NCBI GenBank assembly: GCA_964016885.1
Contig: OZ024761.1
Coordinates: forward strand, 25,792,001-25,856,000
DNA length: 64,000 bases
Source: Eledone cirrhosa
Taxonomy: Eukaryota
Reading direction: 5' to 3'
The notes under the pieces were generated by a model, which did no database searches, was not told the origin of the DNA, and worked only from the letters and a program-made list of their open reading frames with translations. Of this stretch, positions 1-11,940 are shown piece by piece. Position 1 is the first letter of the stretch. Every line of letters starts with the position of its first letter. Position numbers and translations under genes: made by a program.

Positions 1-29
1 CACACACACACACAGACCTTTATATATAT

Positions 30-70
<41 letters not shown>

Positions 71-71
<1 letters not shown>

Positions 72-278
72 CAAAGGAATTGTGGTAAGGAACCAGATGG
101 ACCATAACACACCAGCGTACTCAATACTTAGGGTAGTAGAGTGGGACATAGGAAAAAAGTATGACCCCGACGGCAGAGCTCAAGCCGTTTCGACGGCTAT
201 TTCTGGACTGAAATAGCAGTCCAGAAATAGCCGTCGAAACGGCTTGATCTCTGCCGTCGGAGTCATACCTTTTCCTAT
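71..278. mobile_element. PLE terminal-repeat fragment, family A, with fold-back hairpin (148-278)
   Basis: Flanked by (TA)n on both sides. Inverted arms 148-210 and 217-278. The right arm reads GAAA-CGGC-ttgatctct-GCCG-TC, i.e. the hammerhead 3' half (stem III plus GUC). Related copies at about 6084, 8023 and 36727. Confidence 0.7.
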
Positions 279-335
279 ATATAGATATATATATATTGAG
301 TAATTTTGATGAAATGACGCATTTACACACTATTT

Positions 336-371
<36 letters not shown>

Positions 372-1334
372 CACCATCAATTACATACGGTTGTCTGTGC
401 GTATGCGTTTGTGTGTAAGCAAGTGGATCGCCGTCGTTACTCACGATGAGTGCAGCAGTAGTTATTCAATCAACTGTACCAGTACTTATTTAATATAACG
501 TAAATCGATGATTATTTCATAGGGAATGTTCTCCTTAAACAAACCCTCACCCAAAACACGCGTGACCTTCTATGTGGCAAGGCTCGATTTTTAATTTGCA
601 GGTACACACCCTACCACTGGTCTCCTACATGTCAATCTACTTCCTCCTCTTCTTCATTTTCTTAGTCTTCTTCTGTAGTTCCTCTACTGCTTGCTGGTGA
701 CGAGAGCCCTATATCCTGCACGGCTTCAAGTCCTGCCAAAAGACTGCTCTACTCTCATTCTAAGAAAGTCCCAGGTCATATTTACTCCATTCATCTTACA
801 CGGACCACAGTACACCTCCTGATATCTCTGCTTTGCTTCCTAGCGCATCCCATATCCTTACACACATCTTCCTGTCTTTCATACTTTCCACACTCTTACA
901 CCTCAACCGTGTAGCAAATTTCCTTGAATTCTTTTGGTTTACTTGAAGAGAGGCTCTGATAAAAGACACATAGTTGTGAAGAACTGGGTTAGACTGGCTC
1001 CCTTAAAATATCAGAGAAAAATCAAGTAACGAAACATGGAGTTTTCTATGAAAATCCTTTTGCCATCCACTGCCAAATCTCCCAACATCCCACCACCACA
1101 ATTTTCCGTTTAAATTACATAACACCGGGAACAAATATCATCAAATATTCAATCGCCTCCTAATGTTTCCAGCATTTGACTGGATTATATCGATATATGT
1201 TTTACTCTCTACCTACCTACCACCGTACCTACCTACCTCCCATCGTACTTACCTACCTACCATTGTACCTACCTAATTACCAACCTACCTACCTACCTAC
1301 CTAGATAAATATATATATATGTACACATATATAT

Positions 1335-1402
1335 ATATACCTACACCCTTACATATATGCATTTAAACATATATCTACATACGTAAATATTAATACATAC
1401 AT

Positions 1403-1438
<36 letters not shown>

Positions 1439-1500
1439 CTACACCCTTACATATATGCATTCAAACATATATCTACATACGTAAATATTAATACATACAT

Positions 1501-1536
<36 letters not shown>

Positions 1537-1598
1537 CTAAACCCTTACATATATGCATTCAAACATATATCTACATACGTAAATATTAATACATACAT

Positions 1599-1630
<32 letters not shown>

Positions 1631-1700
1631 CTACACCCTTACATATATGCATTCAAACATATATCTACATACGTAAATATTAATACATACATACATATAT
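1335..1700. repeat. Compound tandem repeat, about 4 copies of a ~95-100 bp unit with a variable (TA)n block
   Basis: ctacacccttacatatatgcattcaaacatatatctacatacgtaaatattaatacatac recurs near 1340, 1438, 1536 and 1631. Confidence 0.9.
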
Positions 1701-1951
1701 GTATATATACGGACACCCATACATATATATATACATACATACAAACACATATTTGCACACAAAGCATATACACGAGCATATGGACACCCATACATGAATA
1801 TAAACATGCATACATACATATAACCATGTATACATGCGTATACATACACACATGCATATCTATATGCATATATATAAACAACAATGAGTATTTTCTCAGC
1901 AATACATTGTTTAGAAAGGTGGCTACTCGGACAAGATACATGAAAAAAAAA

Positions 1952-2174
1952 AGAACAACAACACCAGAAAACAACAGCAACGACAACAGCACCACCAGAA
2001 AACAACAGCAACAACAACAACGACGACAACACCACCACCAGAAAACAACAGCAACAACAACAACACCAGAAAACAACACCAGCAACAACAAGGACACCAA
2101 CAGCAACAACAACAACAACAACGACAACAACACCGGAAAACAGCAACAACAACAACGACAACAACACCACCAGA

Positions 2175-2206
<32 letters not shown>

Positions 2207-2297
2207 CCAGAAAACAACAGCAACAACCACAACAACGACAACACCAGAAAACAACAACAGCAACAACGACAACAACACCACCAGAAAATAACAACAA
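1952..2297. repeat. (CAA)n-rich low-complexity repeat
   Basis: CAA/CAG/CAC triplets punctuated by caccagaaaacaac. Confidence 0.9.
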
Positions 2298-3690
2298 CAA
2301 CGACGCCGCCGTCACCAACAAGCCAACGACGAGGCTGCCGTCACCGGCAAGCCAACGACGACGCTACCGTCACCGGCAAGCCAACGACGACGCTACCGTC
2401 ACCGACAAGCCAACGACGACGCTACCGTTACCGACAAGCCAACGACGACGCTGCCGACACCGATAAGCCAACGACGACGCTGCCGTCACCGGCAAGCCAA
2501 CGACGACGCTGCCGTCACCGGCAAGCCAACGACGACGCTGCCGTCACCGGCAAGCCAACGACGACGCTACCGTCACCGGCAAGCCAACGACGACGCTGCC
2601 GTCACCAGCAAGCCAACAACGACGCTGCCGTCACCAGCAAGCCAACGACGACGCTGCCGTCACCAGCAAGCCAACGACGACGCTGCCGACACCGATAAGC
2701 CAACGACGACGCTGCCGTCACCGATAAGCCAACGACGACGCTGCCGTCACCAGCAAGCCAACGACGACGCTGCCGTCACCAGCAAGCCAACGACGACGCT
2801 GCCGTCACCAGCAAGCCAACGACGACGCTGCCGACACCGATAAGCCAACGACGACGCTGCCGACACCGATAAGCCAACGACGACGCTGCCGACACCGATA
2901 AGCCAACGACGACGCTGCCGTCACCGGCAAGCCAACGACGACGCTACCGTCACCGGCAAGCCAACGACGACGCTGCCGTCACCAGCAAGCCAACAACGAC
3001 GCTGCCGTTACCAGCAAGCCAACGACGACGCTGCCGTCACCAGCAAGCCAACGACGACGCTGCCGACACCGATAAGCCAACGACGACGCTGCCGACACCG
3101 ATAAGCCAACGACGACGCTGCCGTCACCGATAAGCCAACGACGACGCTGCCGACACCGATAAGCCAACGACGACGCTGCCGTCACCAGCAAGCCAACGAC
3201 GACGCTGCCGTCACCAGCAAGCCAACGACGACGCTGCCGTCACCAGCAAGCCAACGACGACGCTGCCGTCACCAGCAAGCCAACGACGACGCTGCCGTCA
3301 CCAGCAAGCCAACGACGACGCTGCCGTCACCAGCAAGCCAACGACGACGCTGCCGTCACCAGCAAGCCAACGACGACGCTGCCGTCACCAGCAAGCCAAC
3401 GACGACGCTGCCGTCACTATCAAGCCAACGACGACGCTGCCGTCACTATCAAGCCAACGACGACGCTGCCGTCACTATCAAGCCAACGACGACGCTGCCG
3501 TCACTATCAAGCCAACGACGACGCTGCTGTCACCAGCAAGCCAACGACGACGCTGCCGTCACCAGCAAGCCATCGACGACGCTGCCGTCACCAGCAAGCC
3601 ATCGACGACGCTGCCGTCACCGACAAGCCAACGACGACGCTGCCGTCACCGACAAGCCAACGACGACGCTGCCGTCACCAGCAAGTCAGC
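2298..3690. repeat. GC/CpG-rich 29-bp minisatellite, about 48 copies
   Basis: Unit gccaacgacgacgctgccgtcaccagcaa. Three units give the 29-aa periodicity seen in ORF 1826..2698. Confidence 0.95.
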
Positions 3691-3811
3691 GATGAAGAAA
3701 ACGACGCCGCCGCCGCCGCAGACCGTCGTCACCAGCAAGTCAACGATGAAGACGACGTCAAAAAGCCAAAAAGGCAACGACGTCGATGACGCAGCCGCCG
3801 ACTTCAGCAAG

Positions 3812-4098
3812 CTACTACCACAACTACCACCACCACAACTACCACAACTACCACCACAACTACCACAAATACCACCACCACCACCACCACCGTCACCACA
3901 ACTACCACGACTACCACAACTACCACAACTACCACATCTACCACCACCACCACCACCACCACCACCGTCACCACAACTACCACCATCAGCACAACTACCA
4001 CCACCACAACCACCACAACTACCACCACAACGACTACCACCACAACCACCACCACCAACAACAACGTCACAACCACAACCACCAACAACAACGCCACA
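3812..4098. repeat. (CAC/CAA/TAC)n triplet repeat
   Basis: ctaccacaa and accacc runs. Confidence 0.9.
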
Positions 4099-4243
4099 AA
4101 GCCAGCATCAAAATCAAATTCCACTTTGCCCGTTCGTCGTCTATCTGAATAACTATATTATGAAAATTAAATTCAAATATTCAAATATATGACAAAATTG
4201 AAATAAAACGAAATGAACGCGTGTCAAATCTCTCTCCCTCTCT

Positions 4244-4298
<55 letters not shown>

Positions 4299-4301
<3 letters not shown>

Positions 4302-4741
4302 ATATTAACAAATGGAAACTATATTTATAAAACCATATTTATTTTATTATACATATTTCAAGGATACCATGTTAAATTATGGTATGCCTTCATCAGACAA
4401 AATACAATATATACCAGTTTTATAAATAAACATTGACGTACCCTTTCAAAATGCAACCGTTACTTTTGGAAGACATCAGGATAGTGGATTTGTTTATTTT
4501 AGTAAGTCTTTGTGTTAAGAAGAAGGAAAAAAGACGGAGAGAGAGAAAAACGGAGAGAGAAAAGTGGAGAAAGAAAGGGAGAGTATCCTTGAAATATGTA
4601 TAATAAAATAAATATGGTTTTATAAATATAGTTTCCATTTCTTAATATCGTATATCTACTCCAAAAACTTGTCGAGTGCTTTATATCAGTTATAAAAATA
4701 TTTGCTTGTTGTATCCCAACCATTTAAATAGAACTTTTGCA
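4299..4741. mobile_element. PLE terminal-repeat fragment, family C, with inverted arms (4299-4367 / 4583-4651)
   Basis: The arms are reverse complements. The minus arm holds a full hammerhead. Flanked by TA repeats. Homologous to 14504-14848. Confidence 0.75.
4340..4404 (-). ncRNA. Minimal type-I hammerhead ribozyme motif
   Basis: Minus strand: tattttgt CTGATGA aggcataccat aatttaac atggtatcctt GAAA t atgt ATA^ ataaaata. Stems I and II pair and the catalytic core is intact. Confidence 0.8.
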
Positions 4742-4764
4742 TATATATATATAGAGAGAGAGAG

Positions 4765-5046
4765 AAAGTGAGTAATATTGTAGAACAATAAAACTATGCA
4801 TATATCAGATAAGTAGCACTCAACAGTTGGTAGAACTGGAGTATATATAATAAAGATGAAATAATTGTTTCTACCTTTAGCACAAGGCCATTAATTATCC
4901 AGTACATTACTGGTACTTTATTTTATCGACCCCGTAAGGATGAAAGGCAAAGTTAACCTATGATATAATGATGGTTATAAGAGTTCCATATAATAAAATA
5001 TATGGAACTCTTATAACCATCTTTATTTCATCTTTATTATATATAT
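4765..5046. mobile_element. PLE terminal-repeat fragment, family B, palindromic, with a SINE inserted in its left arm
   Basis: Homologous to 13320-13731 (atatcagataagtagcactc...ctggagtata; gagttccat/atggaactc). The hairpin axis is at about 4993-4998. Confidence 0.7.
4861..4959 (-). mobile_element. tRNA-derived SINE, 3' fragment
   Basis: Matches the window's SINE consensus core (tactggtactttattttatcgaccccgtaaggatgaaaggcaaagttaacct). Confidence 0.85.
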
Positions 5047-5060
5047 ATTTATATATATAT

Positions 5061-5630
5061 ATTGTTATGCGTTGGGAGGGTTATGTTGCCAATAAGAAAC
5101 ACACGCACCAGATGCTTTCACTAAAATTTATTATAAATTAAATTTATAAATTTAAGAATTTATAAATGTTCGGTTGGCTGGTTCCAAAACCGGACGGTTG
5201 TTCATATATTGTCAAAGTTCTTTGGTCACACATTCTGTGACCTCTTCAGTGACTGGGGATTTTTTTCTTTGATTTGTGCCTCTCCTTTGTTCTGTCCTAC
5301 GCCATCTTGTTGGCGTAGAATAGAACAAAGGAGAGGCACAAAACAAAGAAAAGAATCCCCAGTCACTGAAAAGGTCACAGAATTTGTGACGAAAGAACTT
5401 TGAGAATATAGAATATAGAAACAACCGTCCAGTTATGGAACCAACCAACCGAAAATTTATAAATTCTTAAATTTATAAATTTAATTTAATTTATAATAAA
5501 TTGGAGTGAAAGTAACTGGTGCGCGTGTTTCTTATTGGCAACATGACCCTCCCAAAGCATAACAATATCGGTTTCAACACACGTTTTCAGATAAAGGATC
5601 TTGCTAAAGAAATTCAGAAACGAAATAAAT
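5061..5630. mobile_element. PLE terminal-repeat fragment, family D, ~500-bp imperfect palindrome with a decayed hammerhead in each arm
   Basis: Arms 5061-5304 and 5311-5568. The two arms give the consensus gtca CTGAAGA g gtcaca..tgtgac GAAA gaactt tgac (5362-5404 plus, 5211-5253 minus). Shares gaaagaactttga and atgaccctcccaaa with 22217-22460. Confidence 0.75.
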
Positions 5631-5651
5631 ATATATATATATATATATATA

Positions 5652-6044
5652 CGAGGGTAATCCCGAAAGTAAGGTCTCCAAAGCGATGGGGACGCAGAGA
5701 AACTGTTTATACGGCTGTTGGCAACCCTGTTGTGATTAGTGCGTCCTTCACTCCCAAACACGCATGCGCGCGCTTCGCTGGGATGCTCAAGCTTGGCTTG
5801 GCAGCCGTTGAGAATGGAACCCCCGTTGAACGCTACCGCCAAGTGCGAATCTCGTGCAGTTATTGTATACGAGGGCAAACACAAAAGTAAGGTCTCCTTC
5901 CGAGGAAAACATGCATAAAGATCGGCGGATCATCCTGAATGCTCTCTGCATTTTGGTTCCTGAGGTTTCCCGAAGCACCATCCACAGGATTTTAACGGAA
6001 AAGTTGCAATATCGGCAGGAGACCTTACACTTGGGATAGCCCTC

Positions 6045-6045
<1 letters not shown>
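5652..6045 (+). mobile_element. Internally deleted mariner element with TIRs and TA target site
   Basis: TA|CGAGGGTAATCCCGAAAGTAAGGTCTCC ... GGAGACCTTACACTTGGGATAGCCCTCG|TA. Transposase remnants: an N-terminal ...NATAKCESRAVI and DRRIILNALCILVPEVSRSTIHRILTEKLQYR (mariner HTH region). Confidence 0.85.
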
Positions 6046-6083
<38 letters not shown>

Positions 6084-6087
<4 letters not shown>

Positions 6088-6309
6088 AGAAAGTATGACC
6101 CCGACGGCAGAGCTCAAGTCGTTTTTGACGGCTATTTCTGGACTAAAGTAAGAGTTTTTTTCTTACTTTAGACCAGAAATAGCCGTCGAAACGGTTTGAG
6201 CTCTGCCGTCGGGGTCCTACTTTCTCTTATTCCCCACTCTACTACCCTATGTATTGAGTACTCTGGTGCGTTATGGTCCATCTGGTTCCTTACCACACCT
6301 CCTCCGTTA
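6084..6309. mobile_element. PLE family A copy with fold-back hairpin, opposite orientation to 71-278
   Basis: Same sequence as 71-278, with a longer hairpin loop (taaagtaagagtttttttcttacttta). Left end in (TA)n. Confidence 0.7.
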
Positions 6310-6422
6310 CACGCACATATATATATATAAATAAACACATACACACGCACATATATATAAATATATATGTATATACATGCAAACGCACACACACCCATAT
6401 ATGTGTGTGCGTGTGCGTGTAA

Positions 6423-6620
6423 AGCTGTATGGCCTAGGGGTTAGAGCATTGGGTTAGAAATAGCGATATTCTGAGTTCGATTCTTGGAAAGGGCGATGTG
6501 CTGTTTCCTTGAACAAGACACTTTATTTCACGTCACTCCAGTTTACTCAGCTGTAGAAATGAGATGCGGTGTCACCGGTGCGAAGGTTTATCGGCCATTG
6601 CCTTTCCTTGTATAACAACG
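6423..6620 (+). mobile_element. tRNA-derived SINE, second family
   Basis: A-box-like tggcctaggggttagag and B-box gagttcgattc, followed by ccttgaacaagacactttatttcacg. Confidence 0.7.
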
Positions 6621-7388
6621 GTGGTATGGTGATTGGAGTCTGGTACGCATGGGTGATTGGAGTCTGGTACGCATGGGTGACTGCACACAACATTCCGCTA
6701 TCGTTATAGTACAGTACACTTTCCATTACTTGAAGTTTCACAGTAGAGTTGCGATACACTTGTTGCATGCTAGCCTCCCATTTCTTTCAATACCTACACA
6801 GATATACACAGATATACACATACACGAACACATACATATATACACATACACATACACATACATATACACATACATATACACATACACGAAAACAGACATA
6901 AGCACTTACACGAAAACAGACATATACACATACACAAATACACACAGGGGTCTCGTTTGCCTTTAAAATGTGTGTGTGGGGGGGGGGGTCAATCCAACAT
7001 TTGTTGATTCTTAAGAGTGCATAAATTACTTATGTTGTCTTTCCTGGACCCTATCACATTAGTAAAATGTTATGCTAATTAAATTTGATATATTCAAATG
7101 AAGATCAGATATGAACAAAATAAGCTTAAAAAGAACTTATATCAAATAGACAAATAAAATATAGACGTTTGAAAATGTGGAGGGGGGGACTTGTCCCCTG
7201 TTATCCCCTGAAGCAAAGCCCTGCATACACACATAGCAAAGACAGAGACACAGAGACACATACACACATACACGATATATAATGCATATATGCACGCCAA
7301 TATGTATATATGTCATTTTACGATGTAATGTGAGAAGACATATCTACCATTGTGTATATATAAAGATAATATATGTGTATATATAAAG

Positions 7389-7424
<36 letters not shown>

Positions 7425-7444
7425 TATCCTATTGAATAGCTTAA

Positions 7445-7732
7445 ACTTGGAAATTTCTACCAAACCTTTACTACAGTGACACAGAGGAGACTGAGGTTAG
7501 CTGGACATGCTCACCGACATCCAGAGTTGATATTGCACTCAGTGCTCCTTTGGGAGCCCCTACATGGACACGCTAGAAGTGGAAGACCAAGGTTAACGTA
7601 TGTTGATGCCCTAAGGACAGACACTGGTCTGTTGGAGACGCAGGACATGGCAGCGATAATGAGGGACAGAGACCGCTGGAGAGAACTCGTCCATGGATCT
7701 CGGGAATTTTACCCGCCTTAGATAGATAGATA
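7445..7732 (+). mobile_element. RTE-clade LINE 3' end with (TAGA)n tail
   Basis: QRRLRLAGHAHRHPE...LLWEP.HG...GRPRLTYVD.L..DTG...M.DRD.WR is a typical RTE ORF C-terminus. The stop codon runs into tagatagataga. Confidence 0.9.
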
Positions 7733-7972
7733 TATATATATATGAGAGTATTGAAGTTTGCTTGAAGCATTGTGGAATAATAAGGTAAATTTCTTTAAGT
7801 CGTTTGGAAGCCTCAACAATGCAGATGGGTAAATCTCCGGGTAACAAGATCCGGTTGTGGAGAGAGAGATGTAAGTGGGTGTACTTGAGATGCGTGGCGT
7901 GTAGAATGGATTTTGTTACCCGCAGATTTACCCATCTGAATTGTCGAGACTTCCAAACGACTTTGAAAAAAA

Positions 7973-8022
<50 letters not shown>

Positions 8023-8023
<1 letters not shown>

Positions 8024-8112
8024 CGAAGGAGTTGTGGTAAGGAACCGACGGCTATTTCTGCACTCCAGTCAAAACAGCTTGAGCTCTGCCGTCGGTGTCA
8101 TACATTTTCCTA
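8023..8112. mobile_element. PLE family A, internally deleted copy
   Basis: Keeps both family-A termini (aacgaaggagttgtggtaaggaacc ... ctctgccgtcggtgtcatacattttccta) between (TA)n tracts. Confidence 0.65.
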
Positions 8113-8139
8113 TATATATATATTTGGAAGGAGAGATAT

Positions 8140-8290
8140 ATTTAATTATCTCTCATATGATATATTACAGCCGGTGATCTGCAAAATACAATATAGTTAG
8201 CACCCCAAACATATAATTGGGATTATCCTCAGGTATATCCTAATGTTTGTTGAGTGAGATAGATGTCGCTCGTAGTATTGCTTAAAGCTT
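8140..8290. mobile_element. Dispersed repeat end (probably PLE), with an inverted homolog at about 61630-61775
   Basis: aaaatacaatatagttagcacccc and cctaatgtttgttgagtgag are reverse complements of sequence at about 61670-61745. Confidence 0.55.
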
Positions 8291-8310
8291 TCTTTGTTAA
8301 TGTATTAAAA

Positions 8311-8344
<34 letters not shown>

Positions 8345-8879
8345 ATATATATGTGTGCGTGTGTGTGTGTGTATGTATGTGTGTGTGTGCAGATGTATAT
8401 GTATGTATATATATATATATACGCACACACATGCATGTATCAGTTCATTGTGTAGTGTGTTTGATATTTATATATAAAGGTGCATGTATATATGTATATA
8501 TATATATATGTATGTAGGTATGTGTGTGTGTGGGGGGGGGGTATGTGTGTGTGGGGGTGTATATATATATATATATATATATAATTTCATTAATTTAGGG
8601 GTTAGTATGCGTTTAATACACCACATATTCAGTTGCTCATATATTTTTAATTAAATCAGCAGCTTTTTTATAATTAACTTAGCAAGATAGTAGAAAGAGT
8701 TATATATATATAACTCAGGCATAGCTATACCTGCATTAAATGGAATCTCTTAATTAGATAATAAACCATTTACATACATGTAAATTCTCCTATTCTAGCT
8801 TTTATTATCTCGCCTCTGATTATGTTAGCGATTTTATTGTAACAAATACTATTAGAGGTATGGCTTGAATTGATCTACA

Positions 8880-9660
<781 letters not shown>

Positions 9661-10121
9661 TTTGAGCATTGAAAATAAAAGGTGAAGCTTGGTGCACATT
9701 TGGTTCATTATCTTACGATCGTTTCAGCAGTATGACCATGATTAACCAATATATTTTCTAATCGATAACAGATATACAACGTCATATTATCAGTCTCGAT
9801 ACACTAGATACATTCCAGCGTCCTTTTCAGAAACTCAGTGTGTCCCCGTTTGCGTGTGTGTATATATATTTATATATATATGAATAACCCAGCCCAAGGG
9901 TGGTGCCCGAGCATGCCTTCAGCCGGATGGCTGGAACAAGTAATAGAGTAAAATATATATATATATATATAGATATATAAATATAGTAACAAGCCTCATC
10001 ACTTAGCTTTTAAATGAATAGTGAGTACACTATATATATATGTGTGTGTGTGTCTGTGTCTGTGTGTGTGTGTGTGTGTCTGTGTGTCTGTGTGCCTGTG
10101 TGTGCGTGTGTGCGTGTGTGC

Positions 10122-10165
<44 letters not shown>

Positions 10166-10244
10166 CTGTGTTTGTGTGTGCGTGTATGTTCCTTTGAGTT
10201 AAATAACATCACATACATATCTACATACAATACATACATGCATA

Positions 10245-11940
10245 CATACATGATGGCTGCCCCCCCCCCCCCACACCTCGTTATCCAATATTGTCATTGC
10301 ACGATATAACATTATTAATAATTATCAAGAGTGGTGGATTGGCAGTATCGGTAGAGAGTCGGACGCCATGCTTTCCAGTATAGTTACGTCCCTTTAAGGT
10401 CTGAGTTCAAATCCGGCCGAGGTTAACTTTGCCTTTCATCCTTACGGGGTCGATAAAATAAACTACCAGTAATGTACTGGTTAATTGCTGGCCTTGTTCC
10501 AAGAGTAGAAACAATTATTAATAATTATCAATTAATCTATCGTTCAATGCCTGTGAATGAAGATTTGTTTTAAAGTGAGGAAAGACAGTGCACTGAGCCA
10601 ATCCCTCTCTCTGAGCGACAGTAGCTATAGCCTAAAAAGTAAACAAGATCAACATCATCGGTAACTACTGAGCCGCAGGTTTTATGTCGGAGTAATCCCA
10701 GTTTCCTAAGTTGCCTTCTCCTTTAAGAATGTCCTGACAAAAACTAGGGTTCATAGACTCCTAATGGTTTGACCGTGCGATCGGGTATCCACCCCGTTTA
10801 TTTCTATGTCTCCGAGCATATACCTACATATGCACACACACACACACACATACATACATATATATATACTCATGTAGATACATATTTACACATTGTTGTA
10901 TGGCCGTTGACTCTTATGAGTACTTCCGCTCTTTGTCAGGTTTTTGTTTTTTGTCCTGCAGGGTGTCCAAAGTCACCCTCCTCACCAAGTAAACTTCTGT
11001 TGAGTAAGGAAACATCACATACATGATGGCTGCCCCCTCGTTATCGAGTATGGCCATTGCAAGATACACCATTATTAATTATTATTAATTCATTCTGTCG
11101 TTAATTCAACGCATGTGCGTCAACATATCTTTTAAAGTGAGGAAAGACTGTGCACTGAGCCAATCCCACTCTCTGAGCGACAGTAGCTATAACCCGAAAA
11201 GAAGAAAAGATCAACATCACCGGCATCTACTGAGCCGCAGGTTTTATGTCAGAGTTATCACAGTTTCCTGAGTTGACTTCTAGAAGAATGCTCTGACGTA
11301 CATACATACATGGTGGCTGCCAACTCGTTTACGAGTACGACCACTACTTTATATCCATGTAGGAGAACCCTTACCGATCTGCTGAACGAGTGTGACATTT
11401 TAGTCCAGCCAGCGACTTGAAAACTCTGGTACAAACACTACACTTGTGACAATTATTGACACATAGTGCTGGGCCCATGGTACCATGTGACGACAAGTGC
11501 AGAGCAGAGAGATCTCCAGATATAAAGCAATGCCTGTGCCGTGAAGCTTTTATAGTGAGCAAAGGCACTGCACAAAGCCAGTCCCACTCTCTTAACCAAG
11601 ATGATATTTACCAAATGATATTTACCAAAAATTAGAACAAGTCAACATCATTGGATACCATCAGGGTTGCAGGTGTTATATGAGAGTTTTCCTTCTCCTA
11701 GAATTCTGCCTTGACAAAGGCTAAGGGGTCATCTCTCCCAGTGATTTTGGATGGCCATTGACGCTTAAGAGCTCCTTTGCCCTTTGACAGGTTTTGTTTT
11801 TAGTCCTGCAGGATGTCCAAAGTCACCCTCCTCACCAAGAAACCTTGGTAGGATTGCCAGTTTAGTCGCCAACGACCCGACCATGGGACAGGTTGTACTG
11901 GAATACATGTTACCAGTAGCACCAACTGGTGACCTGACAC
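10245..11940 (-). mobile_element. Three degenerate partial copies of an RTE-related element, one with a C2H2 zinc-finger relic
   Basis: Recurring blocks: acatgatggctgcccc, gtgaggaaagac.gtgcactgagccaatcc, tcaacatca, gtccaaagtcaccctcctcaccaag. The minus-strand CSVCTRVFKSLAGLKCHTR (about 11380-11445) resembles the C-terminal zinc finger of RTE ORFs. Confidence 0.55.
10329..10520 (+). mobile_element. Full-length tRNA-derived SINE
   Basis: A box tggcagtatcggt, B box gagttcaaatcc, core aactttgcctttcatccttacggggtcgataaa, (ATT)n tail. Confidence 0.9.

Noticed and set aside
620-990. Possible coding or transposon fragment
   Set aside because: No continuous reading frame or recognisable motif on either strand.
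2298-3690. CRISPR-like 29-bp repeat
   Set aside because: The units are contiguous with no unique spacers, there are no cas genes, and the context is eukaryotic.
1631-4192. Long Q/T/P/H/V-rich ORFs
   Set aside because: They are open in several frames on both strands because they translate triplet repeats and a 29-bp unit that cycles through frames. No domain or splice evidence.
9705-9835. Possible minus-strand hammerhead (GAAAC gatc GTA with a distant CTGAAAA)
   Set aside because: The 3' half looks real, but the 5' core is mutated and I could not pair a stem II.
10329-10420. tRNA gene
   Set aside because: It has A and B boxes but no cloverleaf and continues into the SINE core. The same applies to the other copies.
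11371-11568. Host C2H2 zinc-finger gene exon
   Set aside because: A single finger without TGEKP linkers, embedded in an RTE-related repeat.
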